NCBI GenBank assembly: GCA_051252135.1
Contig: JBPOGH010000014.1
Span: 32,001 to 96,000 of the forward strand
Length of the DNA stretch: 64,000 nt
Source of the DNA: Verrucomicrobiaceae bacterium
Lineage (GTDB): Bacteria; Verrucomicrobiota; Verrucomicrobiia; Verrucomicrobiales; Akkermansiaceae
Direction: 5' to 3'
Shown here: piece by piece, positions 37,806 through 48,789 of the stretch
How positions within the stretch are numbered: the stretch's first letter is position 1
Layout of the letters: every line of letters begins with the position of its first letter
The notes under the pieces: generated by a model
The model's database searches: none
Seen by the model: the letters and a program-made list of their open reading frames with translations, nothing else
Told to the model about the DNA's origin: nothing
Program-made: the position numbers and the translations under genes

Positions 37806-40580
37806 GTGCACTACCTCAAATCTCTCACCCTCTCCCTAACCCTCTCGCTCGCAACTCAAGCGGCCCCCACCGCGCTCACCAGCATCGAGACCGGACACAC
37901 CATCTCCCGCGTCCGCACCACCACGGACCACATCATCGCCAGCACCTACGAGGGCACCATTCTTGCCTACCAAAAAGACGGCACCCTCGCCTGGAAGAAC
38001 CCCCTCTCCGGCTACATGAACCGCGACCTCTTCTGCGCGGACCTCACCGGCGACGGCAAACCGGAAACCCTCGCTGCCAATGCCGACGGCCACCTCTACT
38101 GCCTCGACCCAACCGGCGAACTCCTCTGGAAATACCGTCCCAATGACGCCCCCATGAACGCCGTCTGCGTCGTTCCGCATGAAGGAAAACCCCTCATCGT
38201 CTGCGGCGGCTACGATTCCTCCATCCGCTACCTCTCCCCCACCGGAGAACTCCTCGGCACCCTCCATTCCTCCGCTTACTCAAAAGAAAAATCCTGGGGG
38301 AAACCACCCGCCATCATCCCGCCCAAGTTCGTCCACGTCGCCAACTTCCTCCGCCCCCTCCGCCTCGCCGATGGCTCCACCGCCATCGCCCTCCACGGCA
38401 CCCTCAATGCCAATTCCGGCAGCGGCTCCGTCTACCTCCTCAAACCCTTCGAAAAAAAGGCCCTCAAACACATCAAGGTCACCACCAAGGGCTCCACCGG
38501 CGACCTTCAGGTTCACGATCTCGATGGCGACGGAGCCGACGAAATCCTCCTCGGAGCCAGCTCCATCGGAAAAGACGCCGCCGTCACCCTCATCAACCTC
38601 ACCAAAGACCAAGCCTCCATCTTCAAGCCCGCCCAACTCTGGAAAAAGATCGATGGATTCGGCTACCGCGTCTCCCAGTCCGAATGGATCAAGGACCTCG
38701 ACCAACCCAAGCTCCTCACCCTCCACGGAAACGCCATCCTCCTTAACGATCTCTCCCTCGACCCCAAAAAAACAGAAGTCCTAAACTCTTCGTACTCCTT
38801 CAACGACATGTGGCTCGATCGCGCCACCAACCACCTCGTCCTCGCCAGCGCCCAAAGCGGAGGCTCATGCATCCACCTTCTCAACCTCTCCCACCCCGAC
38901 TGGAAGGCCTCCTACTCAAACATCGCCCCACCCGGAAAGATCGCCGCCATCCTCGCCGGATCCGCCAAAGCCCGCGAGCAACTCAAGTCCTTCACCAAAC
39001 CCTCTCATGAGCGCGCGCCATCCTCCGTCTACCTCATGAATGACAAACCGGAAGACGTCCCCGCCCTCGCCGACGAACTCCGCTCCTACAACAATCTCGT
39101 CTTCCTCAACTACGCCTTCCACTCCACCGCCGAGGACTTCGACCGCTCCCACATCGAAAACGAATTCTACCGCACCCGCCGCGACGCCCGCAAAAAATAC
39201 ACCGCCACCCGCGAACAAGTCCTCAAGCGATACATCGATCTCTACCAAGGCCACCCCGGCATCGCCTACTGGGGCGGACACGGAAACGATCCCTACATGA
39301 TCTCCCTCGAAGCCCAAAAGCAAATCGTGGCCGCCGCCCCCGATAAGAAAACGGTCATGATCTACCCCGAGCTCGAAAGTCATACCGATGACTTCGCCAC
39401 TGTTCTCGACAACCACCTCTATCCCCTGGCCGAATTCTCCCGTGACAAAAACGGCATGATCTTCGTCCGCACCAAGCACACTTTCTGGCAATCCATCGTC
39501 TACCTGCCCCTTTGGTCGCGCCTCCTCTCCGGCGAGTTTGCCGACGTCTTCATCCCCTCCATGGAGGAAACCACCGACAAGTCCATGGAGCTCTCCCTCG
39601 CCGCCCGCACCGGCATCTGGGCCAGTGGCTCCGTCAATCAATGGGGCACCCGCTGCGCGCGCGACAACACTTCCTTCGACCGCCTCCGCGAGCACTCCCA
39701 CCAAACCCTCCCCAACCACTTCCTCCGCACCCTCATCTACCACACCTCCCACGGCGCCACCTACCTCAACAACTTCGCCGTCGATCAGGAATACCTCAGC
39801 CTTCTCTGGCAACTCATCGGAAAAGGCGTCCTCTACGTCCCGCAACGAAACGAGATCGTCTCCTACAACCCCGTCCACCTCTCCATGACCGAACCGGACG
39901 AGCACTATCTGGACGAAGGAAACAACGTCAAGTGGATCACCTTCTTCGATGAACAAAAGGAGGCCGAAAACCCCCTCGTCTTCGGCCGCCTCAATGGCAC
40001 CTGGCCCGGCGCGCCCAACACCGACTGGGATTTCTCCCGCTACGCCGCCGACGTCAAGGAACGCCGCCTCAACTTCCTCGCTCCCTACCCCCACGGACTC
40101 GTCCTCATCACCCCGCCCCAATCGGAAAGGGACCTCCCGCGCGGCCAACTCGCCGACAACCTCCACCCTCTCTACCAGGGCATCCTCAAGGAGCACCTCA
40201 CCGATGGACGCAACTACTTCTCCCCCGACCGCTCCCAAACCTTCGGTCCCAAAGAGCACGCCCCATCCATCGCATCGGAGATCAAAGCCGCCGCCAAGCT
40301 CCTCCCCCTCACCGTCAGCGGAGACGTCGCCTGGGTCACCGCCCAATCCGGCCCCCAAAATCTCCGCCTCACTCTCATCGATAGCGGCTACCTCAATCCT
40401 TCCGCCAAGACCGCTACCATCACCTTCCACACCACCACCCCGGTCAAAATCACCGACCTCCTCTCAGGCGAATCACTCGACCTCGCCAACCCCCAAAACG
40501 TCACCGCCGAAATCCCCACCGGCATGTTCCGCTTCCTCGACATTACTCTCGAAAAACCTTTCCACCCACAGTCCAAATGA
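37806..40580 (+). CDS. cglA: Lambda-carrageenase-like glycoside hydrolase (GH150)
   Basis: 924 aa with an N-terminal beta-propeller (SIETGHTISRVRT, YEGT, AANADG). Motifs LASAQSGGS, GHGNDPYMISL, KHTFWQS, MEETTDKSME, ARDNTSFDRLR, RLNGTWPGA and LRLTLIDSGYLNPS match my recollection of Pseudoalteromonas CglA. Confidence 0.85.
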   Translation: MHYLKSLTLSLTLSLATQAAPTALTSIETGHTISRVRTTTDHIIASTYEGTILAYQKDGTLAWKNPLSGYMNRDLFCADLTGDGKPETLAANADGHLYCLDPTGELLWKYRPNDAPMNAVCVVPHEGKPLIVCGGYDSSIRYLSPTGELLGTLHSSAYSKEKSWGKPPAIIPPKFVHVANFLRPLRLADGSTAIALHGTLNANSGSGSVYLLKPFEKKALKHIKVTTKGSTGDLQVHDLDGDGADEILLGASSIGKDAAVTLINLTKDQASIFKPAQLWKKIDGFGYRVSQSEWIKDLDQPKLLTLHGNAILLNDLSLDPKKTEVLNSSYSFNDMWLDRATNHLVLASAQSGGSCIHLLNLSHPDWKASYSNIAPPGKIAAILAGSAKAREQLKSFTKPSHERAPSSVYLMNDKPEDVPALADELRSYNNLVFLNYAFHSTAEDFDRSHIENEFYRTRRDARKKYTATREQVLKRYIDLYQGHPGIAYWGGHGNDPYMISLEAQKQIVAAAPDKKTVMIYPELESHTDDFATVLDNHLYPLAEFSRDKNGMIFVRTKHTFWQSIVYLPLWSRLLSGEFADVFIPSMEETTDKSMELSLAARTGIWASGSVNQWGTRCARDNTSFDRLREHSHQTLPNHFLRTLIYHTSHGATYLNNFAVDQEYLSLLWQLIGKGVLYVPQRNEIVSYNPVHLSMTEPDEHYLDEGNNVKWITFFDEQKEAENPLVFGRLNGTWPGAPNTDWDFSRYAADVKERRLNFLAPYPHGLVLITPPQSERDLPRGQLADNLHPLYQGILKEHLTDGRNYFSPDRSQTFGPKEHAPSIASEIKAAAKLLPLTVSGDVAWVTAQSGPQNLRLTLIDSGYLNPSAKTATITFHTTTPVKITDLLSGESLDLANPQNVTAEIPTGMFRFLDITLEKPFHPQSK

Positions 40581-41998
40581 TCGCCCGTCTTCTCCTACCC
40601 ATCCTCCTTCTCGGCTCCACCCTCGCCGCCGAAAAACCCAACATCATCCTCTTTGTCTCCGATGACCACGGCACCGAAGCCCTCGGCGCCTACGGAAACA
40701 AGGTCATCAAGACTCCCCACCTCGATGCCTTCGCCGCCCAAGGCGTGCGCTTCACCAATGCCTACTGCACCAGCGCCTCCTGCGCCGCCAGCCGCTCCGT
40801 CATCCTCACCGGACAATACGGCCACGCCACCGGCTCCTACGGACACGTCCACGACTACCACCACTTCTCCACCTACGACCACGTCAAATCTCTCCCCGTT
40901 CTCCTCAATGCCGCCGGCTACCAAACCGCCCGCATCGGAAAATACCACCTCGCTCCCGAGTCGGTTTACAAGTTCGACCACGTCCTCCGGGCCAACCCCC
41001 GCAGCACCGCGGAAATGGCCGACGCCTGCCAACCCATCCTAAAGCAGGACGCCCCCTTCTTCCTCTACTTCTGCCCCGACGATCCCCACCGCGGCGACCC
41101 CTTCACCCCCGACCCCTGGAACGCCCCCAACTCCTTCGGCAACCTCAAGGAAGGATACCCCGGCGTCGAAACCATCACCTACGACCCCAAGGACGTCATC
41201 GTCCCACCCTTCCTCCCCGACACCCCGGAGTGCCGCGCCGAGCTCGCCGAGTATTACCAGTCCATCTCCCGCATCGACCAAGGATTCGGCAAGCTCCTCG
41301 CCCACCTCAAAGCCGCGGGTAAAACCGACAACACCGTCATCATTTACATCTCCGATAACGGAGCCGCCTTCCCCGGGGCCAAAACCACCGTCTACGAGCC
41401 CGGCATCAAACTCCCCTGTCTCGTCAACGACCCCCGCTCCCCTCACCACGGCCTCGTCAATAACGCCATGATCACCTGGGCCGACCTCACCCCCACCATC
41501 CTCGACTTCGCCGATGTCGAATTTAATGCCGCCGACTTCCACGGCCGCACCTTCGTCCCCATCCTCGGCAAGCCCTCCCCCACCGGCTGGGACGAAATCT
41601 ATGCCGCCCACAACTTCCACGAGCTCACCATGTACTACCCTATGCGCGTCATCCGTAGCGGAAATTACAAGCTCATCTGGAACATCGCCTACCGCCTCGA
41701 ATACCCCTTCGCCTCCGACCTCTGGGCCGCCTCCACCTGGCAGGCCAACTACCGCACCAAAACCAAAACCTTCGGCCCCCGCACCATGCAGGACTTCCTC
41801 TTCCGCGCCGAGTTCGAGCTCTACGATCTCTCCACCGACCCCAACGAATCCAAAAATCTCGCCGGAGAAAAAGCGCACGCCGCAACCCTCCTCAACCTCA
41901 AAAAGAAGCTCAAAGCCTTCCAGCTCAAAACCAAAGACCCCTGGCAAATCTCCTGGTCCTACGAAACAAACGTCCAGGGCACCGGCGTCGGCCTCTGA
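40577..41998 (+). CDS. Sulfatase (S1, Cys-type, CAASR; sulfamidase-like)
   Basis: [49 protein letters not shown]. Its start overlaps the cglA stop (ATGA). Confidence 0.92.
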   Translation: MIARLLLPILLLGSTLAAEKPNIILFVSDDHGTEALGAYGNKVIKTPHLDAFAAQGVRFTNAYCTSASCAASRSVILTGQYGHATGSYGHVHDYHHFSTYDHVKSLPVLLNAAGYQTARIGKYHLAPESVYKFDHVLRANPRSTAEMADACQPILKQDAPFFLYFCPDDPHRGDPFTPDPWNAPNSFGNLKEGYPGVETITYDPKDVIVPPFLPDTPECRAELAEYYQSISRIDQGFGKLLAHLKAAGKTDNTVIIYISDNGAAFPGAKTTVYEPGIKLPCLVNDPRSPHHGLVNNAMITWADLTPTILDFADVEFNAADFHGRTFVPILGKPSPTGWDEIYAAHNFHELTMYYPMRVIRSGNYKLIWNIAYRLEYPFASDLWAASTWQANYRTKTKTFGPRTMQDFLFRAEFELYDLSTDPNESKNLAGEKAHAATLLNLKKKLKAFQLKTKDPWQISWSYETNVQGTGVGL

Positions 41999-42044
41999 AT
42001 CACAACGCCCAATCCTCAATCCTCAATTCTCAACCTCCCCTCCC

Positions 42045-43538
42045 GTGCCAAATTCCCGCCCCTCAAGCTCCTTCGCCGCGCTCGCGTTCCTCATTCTGAA
42101 CGTTCAGCTCATCATCGCCGCAAAGCCCAACATCCTCTTCGTCGTCGCCGATGACATGTCGCACACCGGCTGCTACGGACACGAATTCGTAAAAACGCCG
42201 TACTTCGACTCCCTCGCGGAAAGAGGCCTTCGCTTCAACCGCATGTACACCCCGAGCAGCAAGTGCGCTCCCTCCCGTGCCGTCATCATCACCGGACGCA
42301 ACCCCTGGCAACTCGAGGCCGCCGCCAACCACCAGCCCATCTGGCCTGAAAAATTCAAATCCGTCGTCGAATCCCTCACCGACCACGGCTACTTCACCGG
42401 CTTCACCGGAAAAGGCTGGAACCCCGGCATCCACCCCAAGGACCGCAACCTCACCGGCAAGGAATACAACGACCTCCGCGTCCAAAACCCACCCACCAAG
42501 AACCTCGCCCCCTACGACTACGCCGCAAACTTCGCCGCCTTCATGAAGGACCGCCCATCCGAAGATCCTTTCTTCTTCTGGTATGGCTGCAAGGAACCCC
42601 ACCGCGGCTACGAATACAAAAGCGGCGTCAAGTCGGGCAAAAAAATCGCCGACCTCAAGTTCACCCCCACCTTCTGGGGCGACTCCGAGCGCGTGAAGCA
42701 CGACATCTTGGACTACGCCGTCGAGATCGAATACTTCGACACCCACCTCGGTCGCATTCTCGCCCAACTCGAAGACTCCGGCGAACTCGAGAACACCCTC
42801 ATCATCGCCACCTCGGACAACTCCATGCCCTTCCCTCGCTTCAAGGGGCACCCGCACGAGTTCGCCACCCGCGTCCCCTTCGTCGTCTACTGGCCCGGCA
42901 TGATCACCAACCCCGGCCGCCAGTGCGATCAATTCGCCAGCTTTACCGATCTCGCCCCCACCTTCCTCGAAGCCGCCGGAATCCCCGCCGAAAAATCCGG
43001 CATGCAACCCATCCAGGGAAAGAGCCTCTTCGACTTCTTTAATGATAATGTCCAGGGCCGCACCCACGTCCTCACCGGCCGCGAGCGCAATGACATCTGC
43101 CGCCCCCACGGCGCCAGCTACCCCGTCCGCAGCCTCCACCGGGGCGACTTCGTTTACATGCACAATTTCGAGCCCACCCGCTGGCCCTCCGGCACCGCCG
43201 AGTCCGGCTTCCGCGATACCGACTGGAGCCCCACCAAAGTCGAGATCGTCGACAACATGCCCTTCACCCCCGCCTTCCACCTCTGCTTCGGCAAACGCCC
43301 CCAGGAAGAACTCTACAACATCAAAGAAGACCCCGAGTGCCTCACCAACCTCGCCAGCCGCGAGGAATTCTCCGGGTTGAAATCCTCCATGAAAACATCC
43401 CTCTTCGCCGAGCTCAAATCCCAAGGCGACCCCCGCCTCCACAGCAACGGCGCCCTCTTCGAAAAAATCCGCCCCGAGCGCCTCCGCCTCTACGACAAGT
43501 TGCTCCAGCAGGAATCAAAGCGAACCTCGAAAAAGTAA
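42045..43538 (+). CDS. Sulfatase (S1, Cys-type, CAPSR)
   Basis: [37 protein letters not shown]. Start placed at the GTG at 42045 (uncertain). Confidence 0.9.
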   Translation: MPNSRPSSSFAALAFLILNVQLIIAAKPNILFVVADDMSHTGCYGHEFVKTPYFDSLAERGLRFNRMYTPSSKCAPSRAVIITGRNPWQLEAAANHQPIWPEKFKSVVESLTDHGYFTGFTGKGWNPGIHPKDRNLTGKEYNDLRVQNPPTKNLAPYDYAANFAAFMKDRPSEDPFFFWYGCKEPHRGYEYKSGVKSGKKIADLKFTPTFWGDSERVKHDILDYAVEIEYFDTHLGRILAQLEDSGELENTLIIATSDNSMPFPRFKGHPHEFATRVPFVVYWPGMITNPGRQCDQFASFTDLAPTFLEAAGIPAEKSGMQPIQGKSLFDFFNDNVQGRTHVLTGRERNDICRPHGASYPVRSLHRGDFVYMHNFEPTRWPSGTAESGFRDTDWSPTKVEIVDNMPFTPAFHLCFGKRPQEELYNIKEDPECLTNLASREEFSGLKSSMKTSLFAELKSQGDPRLHSNGALFEKIRPERLRLYDKLLQQESKRTSKK

Positions 43539-43540
43539 CC

Positions 43541-46500
43541 CTACTTCGAGCGATACCTCTCAAGATAGGCCGCGAGATCCACCAGATCATCCGCCGTAAA
43601 CCCCAGCTGATCGGCCGAGAGCATCAGCGACTGATCCCACATCGCTTTCATCGACTTGATCCGATCCTTGGGAATCATCTGATCCATCCCACCGGTCGAC
43701 TGAATAATCACCGGATCGCTGTTGCTAAAAAGAACGCCTTCCACCACTTCGCCCGTCTTCAGCGTCACCCGCTTGCCCGTAAACCCGTGCGCCAAATCCT
43801 TGGTCGGATAAATCACCGCATCAAAGAAAGCCTCCTTCCCCTGATTCGCCACCCAGTCGACCAATTCAGGCCCATAATTCACTCCCTGGCCCTCAATCTC
43901 ATGGCACATCAGGCACCGCGCCGCCTGCGCCTTCCCCGCGACCGCATCACCCTCTCGCGTGGCTAATTCCTTCGCCGATGGCAGCTTCGTCTTCGGTGCC
44001 TTCGGAACCGTCACCGACTGAATCTTGATCGTCTCCGGATCATAAATCCCACGCTCCTTCAGCGCCTCGCGCACCCCAAGTTCGGACCACTCATCCAGTC
44101 CCTTTCCGACCAACCACCCTGTCGCCGCCTGCGCCAAATCACCCTCTCCCGCAGCCAGCTCAATCACCGCCGTAACCGCTTCCTGCGTCCCCGCAAAAAC
44201 CAACGAGGTCAGCGCCAGCTCCCTCTCACTCCGTGAAAGCTCACCCGTCTTCACTCGCGCAATTAAATCAGGCACCGCCTCCTTCGCATGCAGTCGCCAG
44301 GCAATCCAGCTGTGCCCCTCCGACCACTCCATCGCCACCTTCCCCACATTCAAAACACCCCAAACCTCCTCCTCAATCTCCTCCGCCGCCAGCCCGCACG
44401 CTTCCAAATAATGCCGATCCCCCTCACCCGCCGTCCGAAACAACTCCACCACCAAAGGCAACTTCTTCTCCCCATCCACATCCCGCAGCGACACCGCCAC
44501 CTCACGCCGCACCGCCGCCGACTCATCCTTCACCAACTCCGCCGCCATCTCCAAAACATCATGCCCCGCCGCCCGCAGACTCCGAAAACCCAACAACCTC
44601 ATCGACGCTGCCTCATCCTTCAAAAACCCCCGACAGCGCTTCACTCCCTCCTCCCCGAGATAAGGCAGCAACCAAACCCCACGCGCCCGAACCCACTCAT
44701 TCTCATGCGCAAAAATCTCCTCCATCAAAGGCAACGCCTTCGCCCCCGCCGCCTTCAACCGCTCAAATCCCACATGCCGCACACTCACCGCCGGACTCTG
44801 TAAAAACACCACCGCATCCTTCAACGCATCACCCGACACCTTCGGCAACTCCGCCTGAAACCCCTTCGGCGCAATCCGATAAATCGACCCCGAGTGCGTC
44901 ACATCCTCCGCCCGATGCCCGCCCACTTTCGTGTCGTAAAAGTCGCACACATAAAGCGCCCCATCCGCCCCCACCACCACATCCGATGGCCGAAAATTTA
45001 AATCCCCCTCGCACTCCACCAGGTTCCTCCGCTCGCCCAATTCCATCGCCGAACCACCCTTCGATAACTTCGGATGATACCGCTGAATAATCCGCGCCCG
45101 CGCCTCACAGCTCAGCAACATCCCCTCATACTCCTTCGGCAGTGCTCCGTTCTCATAAAAGGCCACCCCTGTCGGTGATCCACCTCCGTAAACATCGCCC
45201 GCCGGAATCACCCCCGGATCATCCTGCCGCCAATGCGCCCGCTCCGTCGCCTGCCCCGGCCGCCGGTCCGTCTCCCAGCTCCGACGACCATTCTTCGAAT
45301 AATAACCCAGATCACCCCCCTCCATCAGCCACGTCACCCGGCACGACAAGCGGTCATCATTGTCATTCTGAAACATATCCCCCCACGAACTCAGGCACAT
45401 CTCATAACTGTTGCGAAACCCGCTCCCCATCATCGCCATCCCCGTCCCATCCGGGTTCACCCGCGCCGCAAATCCCCCCACATAAATATTCCCGTCATCA
45501 GACACCTTCCCCGCATACTCCGTCGGATTGCTGAACCACTCCGGATTCCCCGCCCCATTCAAATAATACGGCCCACCCGCGAAAAAGGTCCGCCCATCTC
45601 CATCCGTCACCTGCGCCCCACAATTCCCCTGCGTAAAATACCACTTCCCGTCCGGCCCCGGCACCACCGTGTGCAGCGAGTGATCGTGATTCCTCGCATT
45701 AAACCCACTCAGAAATTCCTCCCGCGTATCCACTTTTGGATCAAATCTCAAATCACGATCCACATCCGTGTAAACCAGCACATGCGGCGGCTGCGCTACC
45801 ACCACCTTATTGTCAAAAACCGTCACTCCCAGCGGCGAAATCAACTCCGGGTCCTGCACAAAAACATGCGACGATTCCGCCCTTCCGTCTCCATCCGTAT
45901 CTTCCAGCACCACAATCCGATCCCCCTCCGGCTGATGAATCTCCCGCCGATAATTCACCGCCTCCGCCACCCAAATCCGACCCGCCGCATCCACATCCAT
46001 ATTCGCCGGATTCCGCAACATCGGCGACGTCGCCCAAAGCGTCACCTCCAGCTCATCCGGCACCGATATCTCCTCCACCGGCACCGACAAATTCATCGCC
46101 ACCTCCCGCAGCCCCACCAATTCCTTCACCCCCTTCAAATTCTTCTTCGACAATTCCGTCTCCCCCTTCTTCACCCCGCCGCCTTGCTCAAAAACCAACC
46201 AACCCTCGTACCCGATCTCGTCCAGCGTCCCCGCCAGCTTCTTCAAATCCGTCCCATCATTCTCTCCAAAATAAATTCCATTCTTCGGTTTCAAGTGCAG
46301 CTCGCAAATCCCCTCGCCACCAAAGGCCCGCAGCGCCTCATCAATATCCTCACCCTTCCGTCCCATATTCCCCGTGTCATAATACATCTTCACCTCCTTC
46401 GGATTACCCAGCCGCTTCAGTAACTCCTGCACCCGCTCATATGTCACCGGCGACTCCAGCCCAATCGTCACCCCATGCTTCCGCGCCGTCGGCAAAATCT

Positions 46501-46948
46501 CCTCAATAAACTCCGCCACCCCCTCAAGAACCTCATCCTTCTCCTGAAAATTCGACGGCCCAAAAAACGGGAACAACAACACCTCACACCCCAACACCTC
46601 ACAAGCAGCCAGCGACTGCTCCATAATCTTCACCCCGTTCTCCCGCGCCTTCCCCGGTTGCCACACATTCACCCGATTCATCGCCCCCGCACACAGCGAA
46701 AAAATCTCCACCCCATGCTCCTTCGAAGCCTTCTGAAAAGCCGCCTGCAACTTCGGCTCCGAAATCGTCATCAGCCCACCTTTGCCCAATCGCCCCGTAT
46801 GAATCTGCACCCCCGCATAACCCGACTCCTTCGCCAGCCGCACACTCTCCACCTCACACCGCAACCCAAACGCCGTCTCCATCACCCCCACCTTCGCCTG
46901 CCCAAAAACCACCCCCATCGTTGCTCCTAAAACAAAGAGAAATTTCAT
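43541..46948 (-). CDS. PVC-type heme-binding CxxCH dehydrogenase-like protein with an N-terminal sugar-phosphate isomerase/epimerase TIM barrel
   Basis: N-terminal IGLE...YYDTGN...ELHLK...GYEGWLVFE; then LWATSPMLRNPANMDVDAAGRIWVAE (beta-propeller), HEAT-like repeats, and C-terminal CLMCH...GPEL. Confidence 0.85.
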   Translation of the reverse strand: MKFLFVLGATMGVVFGQAKVGVMETAFGLRCEVESVRLAKESGYAGVQIHTGRLGKGGLMTISEPKLQAAFQKASKEHGVEIFSLCAGAMNRVNVWQPGKARENGVKIMEQSLAACEVLGCEVLLFPFFGPSNFQEKDEVLEGVAEFIEEILPTARKHGVTIGLESPVTYERVQELLKRLGNPKEVKMYYDTGNMGRKGEDIDEALRAFGGEGICELHLKPKNGIYFGENDGTDLKKLAGTLDEIGYEGWLVFEQGGGVKKGETELSKKNLKGVKELVGLREVAMNLSVPVEEISVPDELEVTLWATSPMLRNPANMDVDAAGRIWVAEAVNYRREIHQPEGDRIVVLEDTDGDGRAESSHVFVQDPELISPLGVTVFDNKVVVAQPPHVLVYTDVDRDLRFDPKVDTREEFLSGFNARNHDHSLHTVVPGPDGKWYFTQGNCGAQVTDGDGRTFFAGGPYYLNGAGNPEWFSNPTEYAGKVSDDGNIYVGGFAARVNPDGTGMAMMGSGFRNSYEMCLSSWGDMFQNDNDDRLSCRVTWLMEGGDLGYYSKNGRRSWETDRRPGQATERAHWRQDDPGVIPAGDVYGGGSPTGVAFYENGALPKEYEGMLLSCEARARIIQRYHPKLSKGGSAMELGERRNLVECEGDLNFRPSDVVVGADGALYVCDFYDTKVGGHRAEDVTHSGSIYRIAPKGFQAELPKVSGDALKDAVVFLQSPAVSVRHVGFERLKAAGAKALPLMEEIFAHENEWVRARGVWLLPYLGEEGVKRCRGFLKDEAASMRLLGFRSLRAAGHDVLEMAAELVKDESAAVRREVAVSLRDVDGEKKLPLVVELFRTAGEGDRHYLEACGLAAEEIEEEVWGVLNVGKVAMEWSEGHSWIAWRLHAKEAVPDLIARVKTGELSRSERELALTSLVFAGTQEAVTAVIELAAGEGDLAQAATGWLVGKGLDEWSELGVREALKERGIYDPETIKIQSVTVPKAPKTKLPSAKELATREGDAVAGKAQAARCLMCHEIEGQGVNYGPELVDWVANQGKEAFFDAVIYPTKDLAHGFTGKRVTLKTGEVVEGVLFSNSDPVIIQSTGGMDQMIPKDRIKSMKAMWDQSLMLSADQLGFTADDLVDLAAYLERYRSK

Positions 46949-47090
46949 CCCCGCCATTCAACACACCATCTCTAAAGTTGTCGCACAAATAAATTTGCAA
47001 TATCATCCCACTCCGGTTTCCCATCCAGTTCGCCCCTAAAAGACCCAGCCTTTCAACCCCGCGCTCATCTCTCTGATTCCAAATTCACCC

Positions 47091-48653
47091 ATGAAACTCT
47101 TCCTTTCCCTCGTCCTCCTCGTTCACAGTTCGTGTTCCCTGTTCGCTGCTCAAAGTTCAGCCAAACCCAACATCCTCTGGATCACCATCGAGGACTGGTC
47201 CCCCGACCTCTCCTGCTACGGCACCAAGGGCATCTCCACCCCCCACGTCGACAAGCTCGCCTCCCAGGGCATCCGCTACCAATGGGCCTTCACCACCTCG
47301 CCCGTCTGCTCCACCTCGCGCTCGGCCATGATGACTGGATTCCACCAGAACTACATCGGCGCCCACCAACACCGCACCAACGATAAAAAGCCCCTCCCCC
47401 ACGGCATCAAGCCCATCCCCCACCTCTTCGCGGAAAACGGCTACCACACCTCCCTCATGTCGTGGAAAGTCGACTGCAACTTCCTCCCCGACCAAAAAGG
47501 ACAACTCTTTCAGGGCACCGACTGGAAACAGCGCAAAGAAGGCCAGCCCTTCTTCGCCCGCATCACCTTCGGCGGCACCCACCGCCTCTGGAATCGCGAC
47601 CCACAACGCCCCATCGACACCAAGGACGTCGAAATCCCACCCTACTACGCCGATACCGAATTCATCCGCCGCGACTGGGCCAACGGCCTCGAACAAATGC
47701 AACTCGTCGACCGCGAAGTCGGAGCCCTCCTCAAGCGACTCGATGACGAAGGCCTCGCCGACAACACCCTCGTCTTCTTCATCGGCGACCACGGCCGCTG
47801 CCACATCCGCGGTAAACAATTCCTCTACGATGGCGGCATCCGCATCCCCATGATCCTCCGCTGGCCGGGCAAGGTCGACCCCGGCCAAGTCAACACCAGC
47901 CTCGTCAGCTCGATCGACATCTGCGCCACCATCCTCGAGGCCGCCGACATCAAAGAACCCGTCCCCCTCCACGGAAAAAGCCTCTTCAGTGACGAAGTCA
48001 AAAACCGCCAACACATCTTCGCCGCCCGCGACAAGATGGACGACACCCACGACGCCATGCGCACCATCCGCACCCGCGACCACAAGCTCATCCTCAACCT
48101 CATGCCCCACCGGCCCTACTGCCAGTTCAGCCACTACAAGGAAGGAGCCTACCCCTCCCTCGCCGAGATGAACGTTCTCCACCTCGAGGGCAAACTCAAC
48201 GAAGCCCAGTCCCACTTCATGGCCTCAAAGAAACCCGAAATCGAACTCTTCGACCTCAAAAAGGACCCCCACGAGATCAACAACCTCGCCGACCACCCCG
48301 CCTACGCCGAAGTCAAAGCAACCCTCCTCGCCGAGCTCAACAAATGGCGTCAGGAAGTCATCCACGACAAGGGCCTCGTCGGAGACTTCGGAGCCGCCAA
48401 CACCACCTTCCCCGAAACCTGCCCCACCACCACCGTCGGCGAATGGGTCAACGCCAACACCAAAAACTACGACTTCTTCCACGTCGGCCTCCCCGGTTGG
48501 TATCCCACCCGCACCCTCGAAGAGTGGAAAAAAGCCCGCGACCTCTGGACCCCCTGGGTCTTCCGTGACCCCACCTCAAAAATGACCCGCCCCGTCATCC
48601 CCCACACCACGAAGAACAAGCCCAAGAAAAAAAGATCAGATAAAGGCAAATAG
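47091..48653 (+). CDS. Sulfatase (S1, Cys-type, CSTSR)
   Basis: KPNILWITIED, VCSTSRSAMMTG, GDHG, RGKQFLYDGG, ARDKMD. Confidence 0.92.
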   Translation: MKLFLSLVLLVHSSCSLFAAQSSAKPNILWITIEDWSPDLSCYGTKGISTPHVDKLASQGIRYQWAFTTSPVCSTSRSAMMTGFHQNYIGAHQHRTNDKKPLPHGIKPIPHLFAENGYHTSLMSWKVDCNFLPDQKGQLFQGTDWKQRKEGQPFFARITFGGTHRLWNRDPQRPIDTKDVEIPPYYADTEFIRRDWANGLEQMQLVDREVGALLKRLDDEGLADNTLVFFIGDHGRCHIRGKQFLYDGGIRIPMILRWPGKVDPGQVNTSLVSSIDICATILEAADIKEPVPLHGKSLFSDEVKNRQHIFAARDKMDDTHDAMRTIRTRDHKLILNLMPHRPYCQFSHYKEGAYPSLAEMNVLHLEGKLNEAQSHFMASKKPEIELFDLKKDPHEINNLADHPAYAEVKATLLAELNKWRQEVIHDKGLVGDFGAANTTFPETCPTTTVGEWVNANTKNYDFFHVGLPGWYPTRTLEEWKKARDLWTPWVFRDPTSKMTRPVIPHTTKNKPKKKRSDKGK

Positions 48654-48789
48654 TTGGGGATTGATAAACCAATCTTCATCTCTCTTTGCCCTCACTCTGC
48701 TTCTATCTCCCTCCTCGTCAGGTCATCCATGAATTGAACGAAATTTTTCTGGTCCCTCACATCGCGTTGGCTAGCCTAACCCAACACTG

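Noticed and set aside
41514..42044. 177-codon N-terminal extension of the 43538-ending sulfatase ORF (possible frameshift fusion)
   Set aside because: Low-complexity alternate frame of the preceding sulfatase. A GTG at 42045 precedes a hydrophobic signal-like segment.
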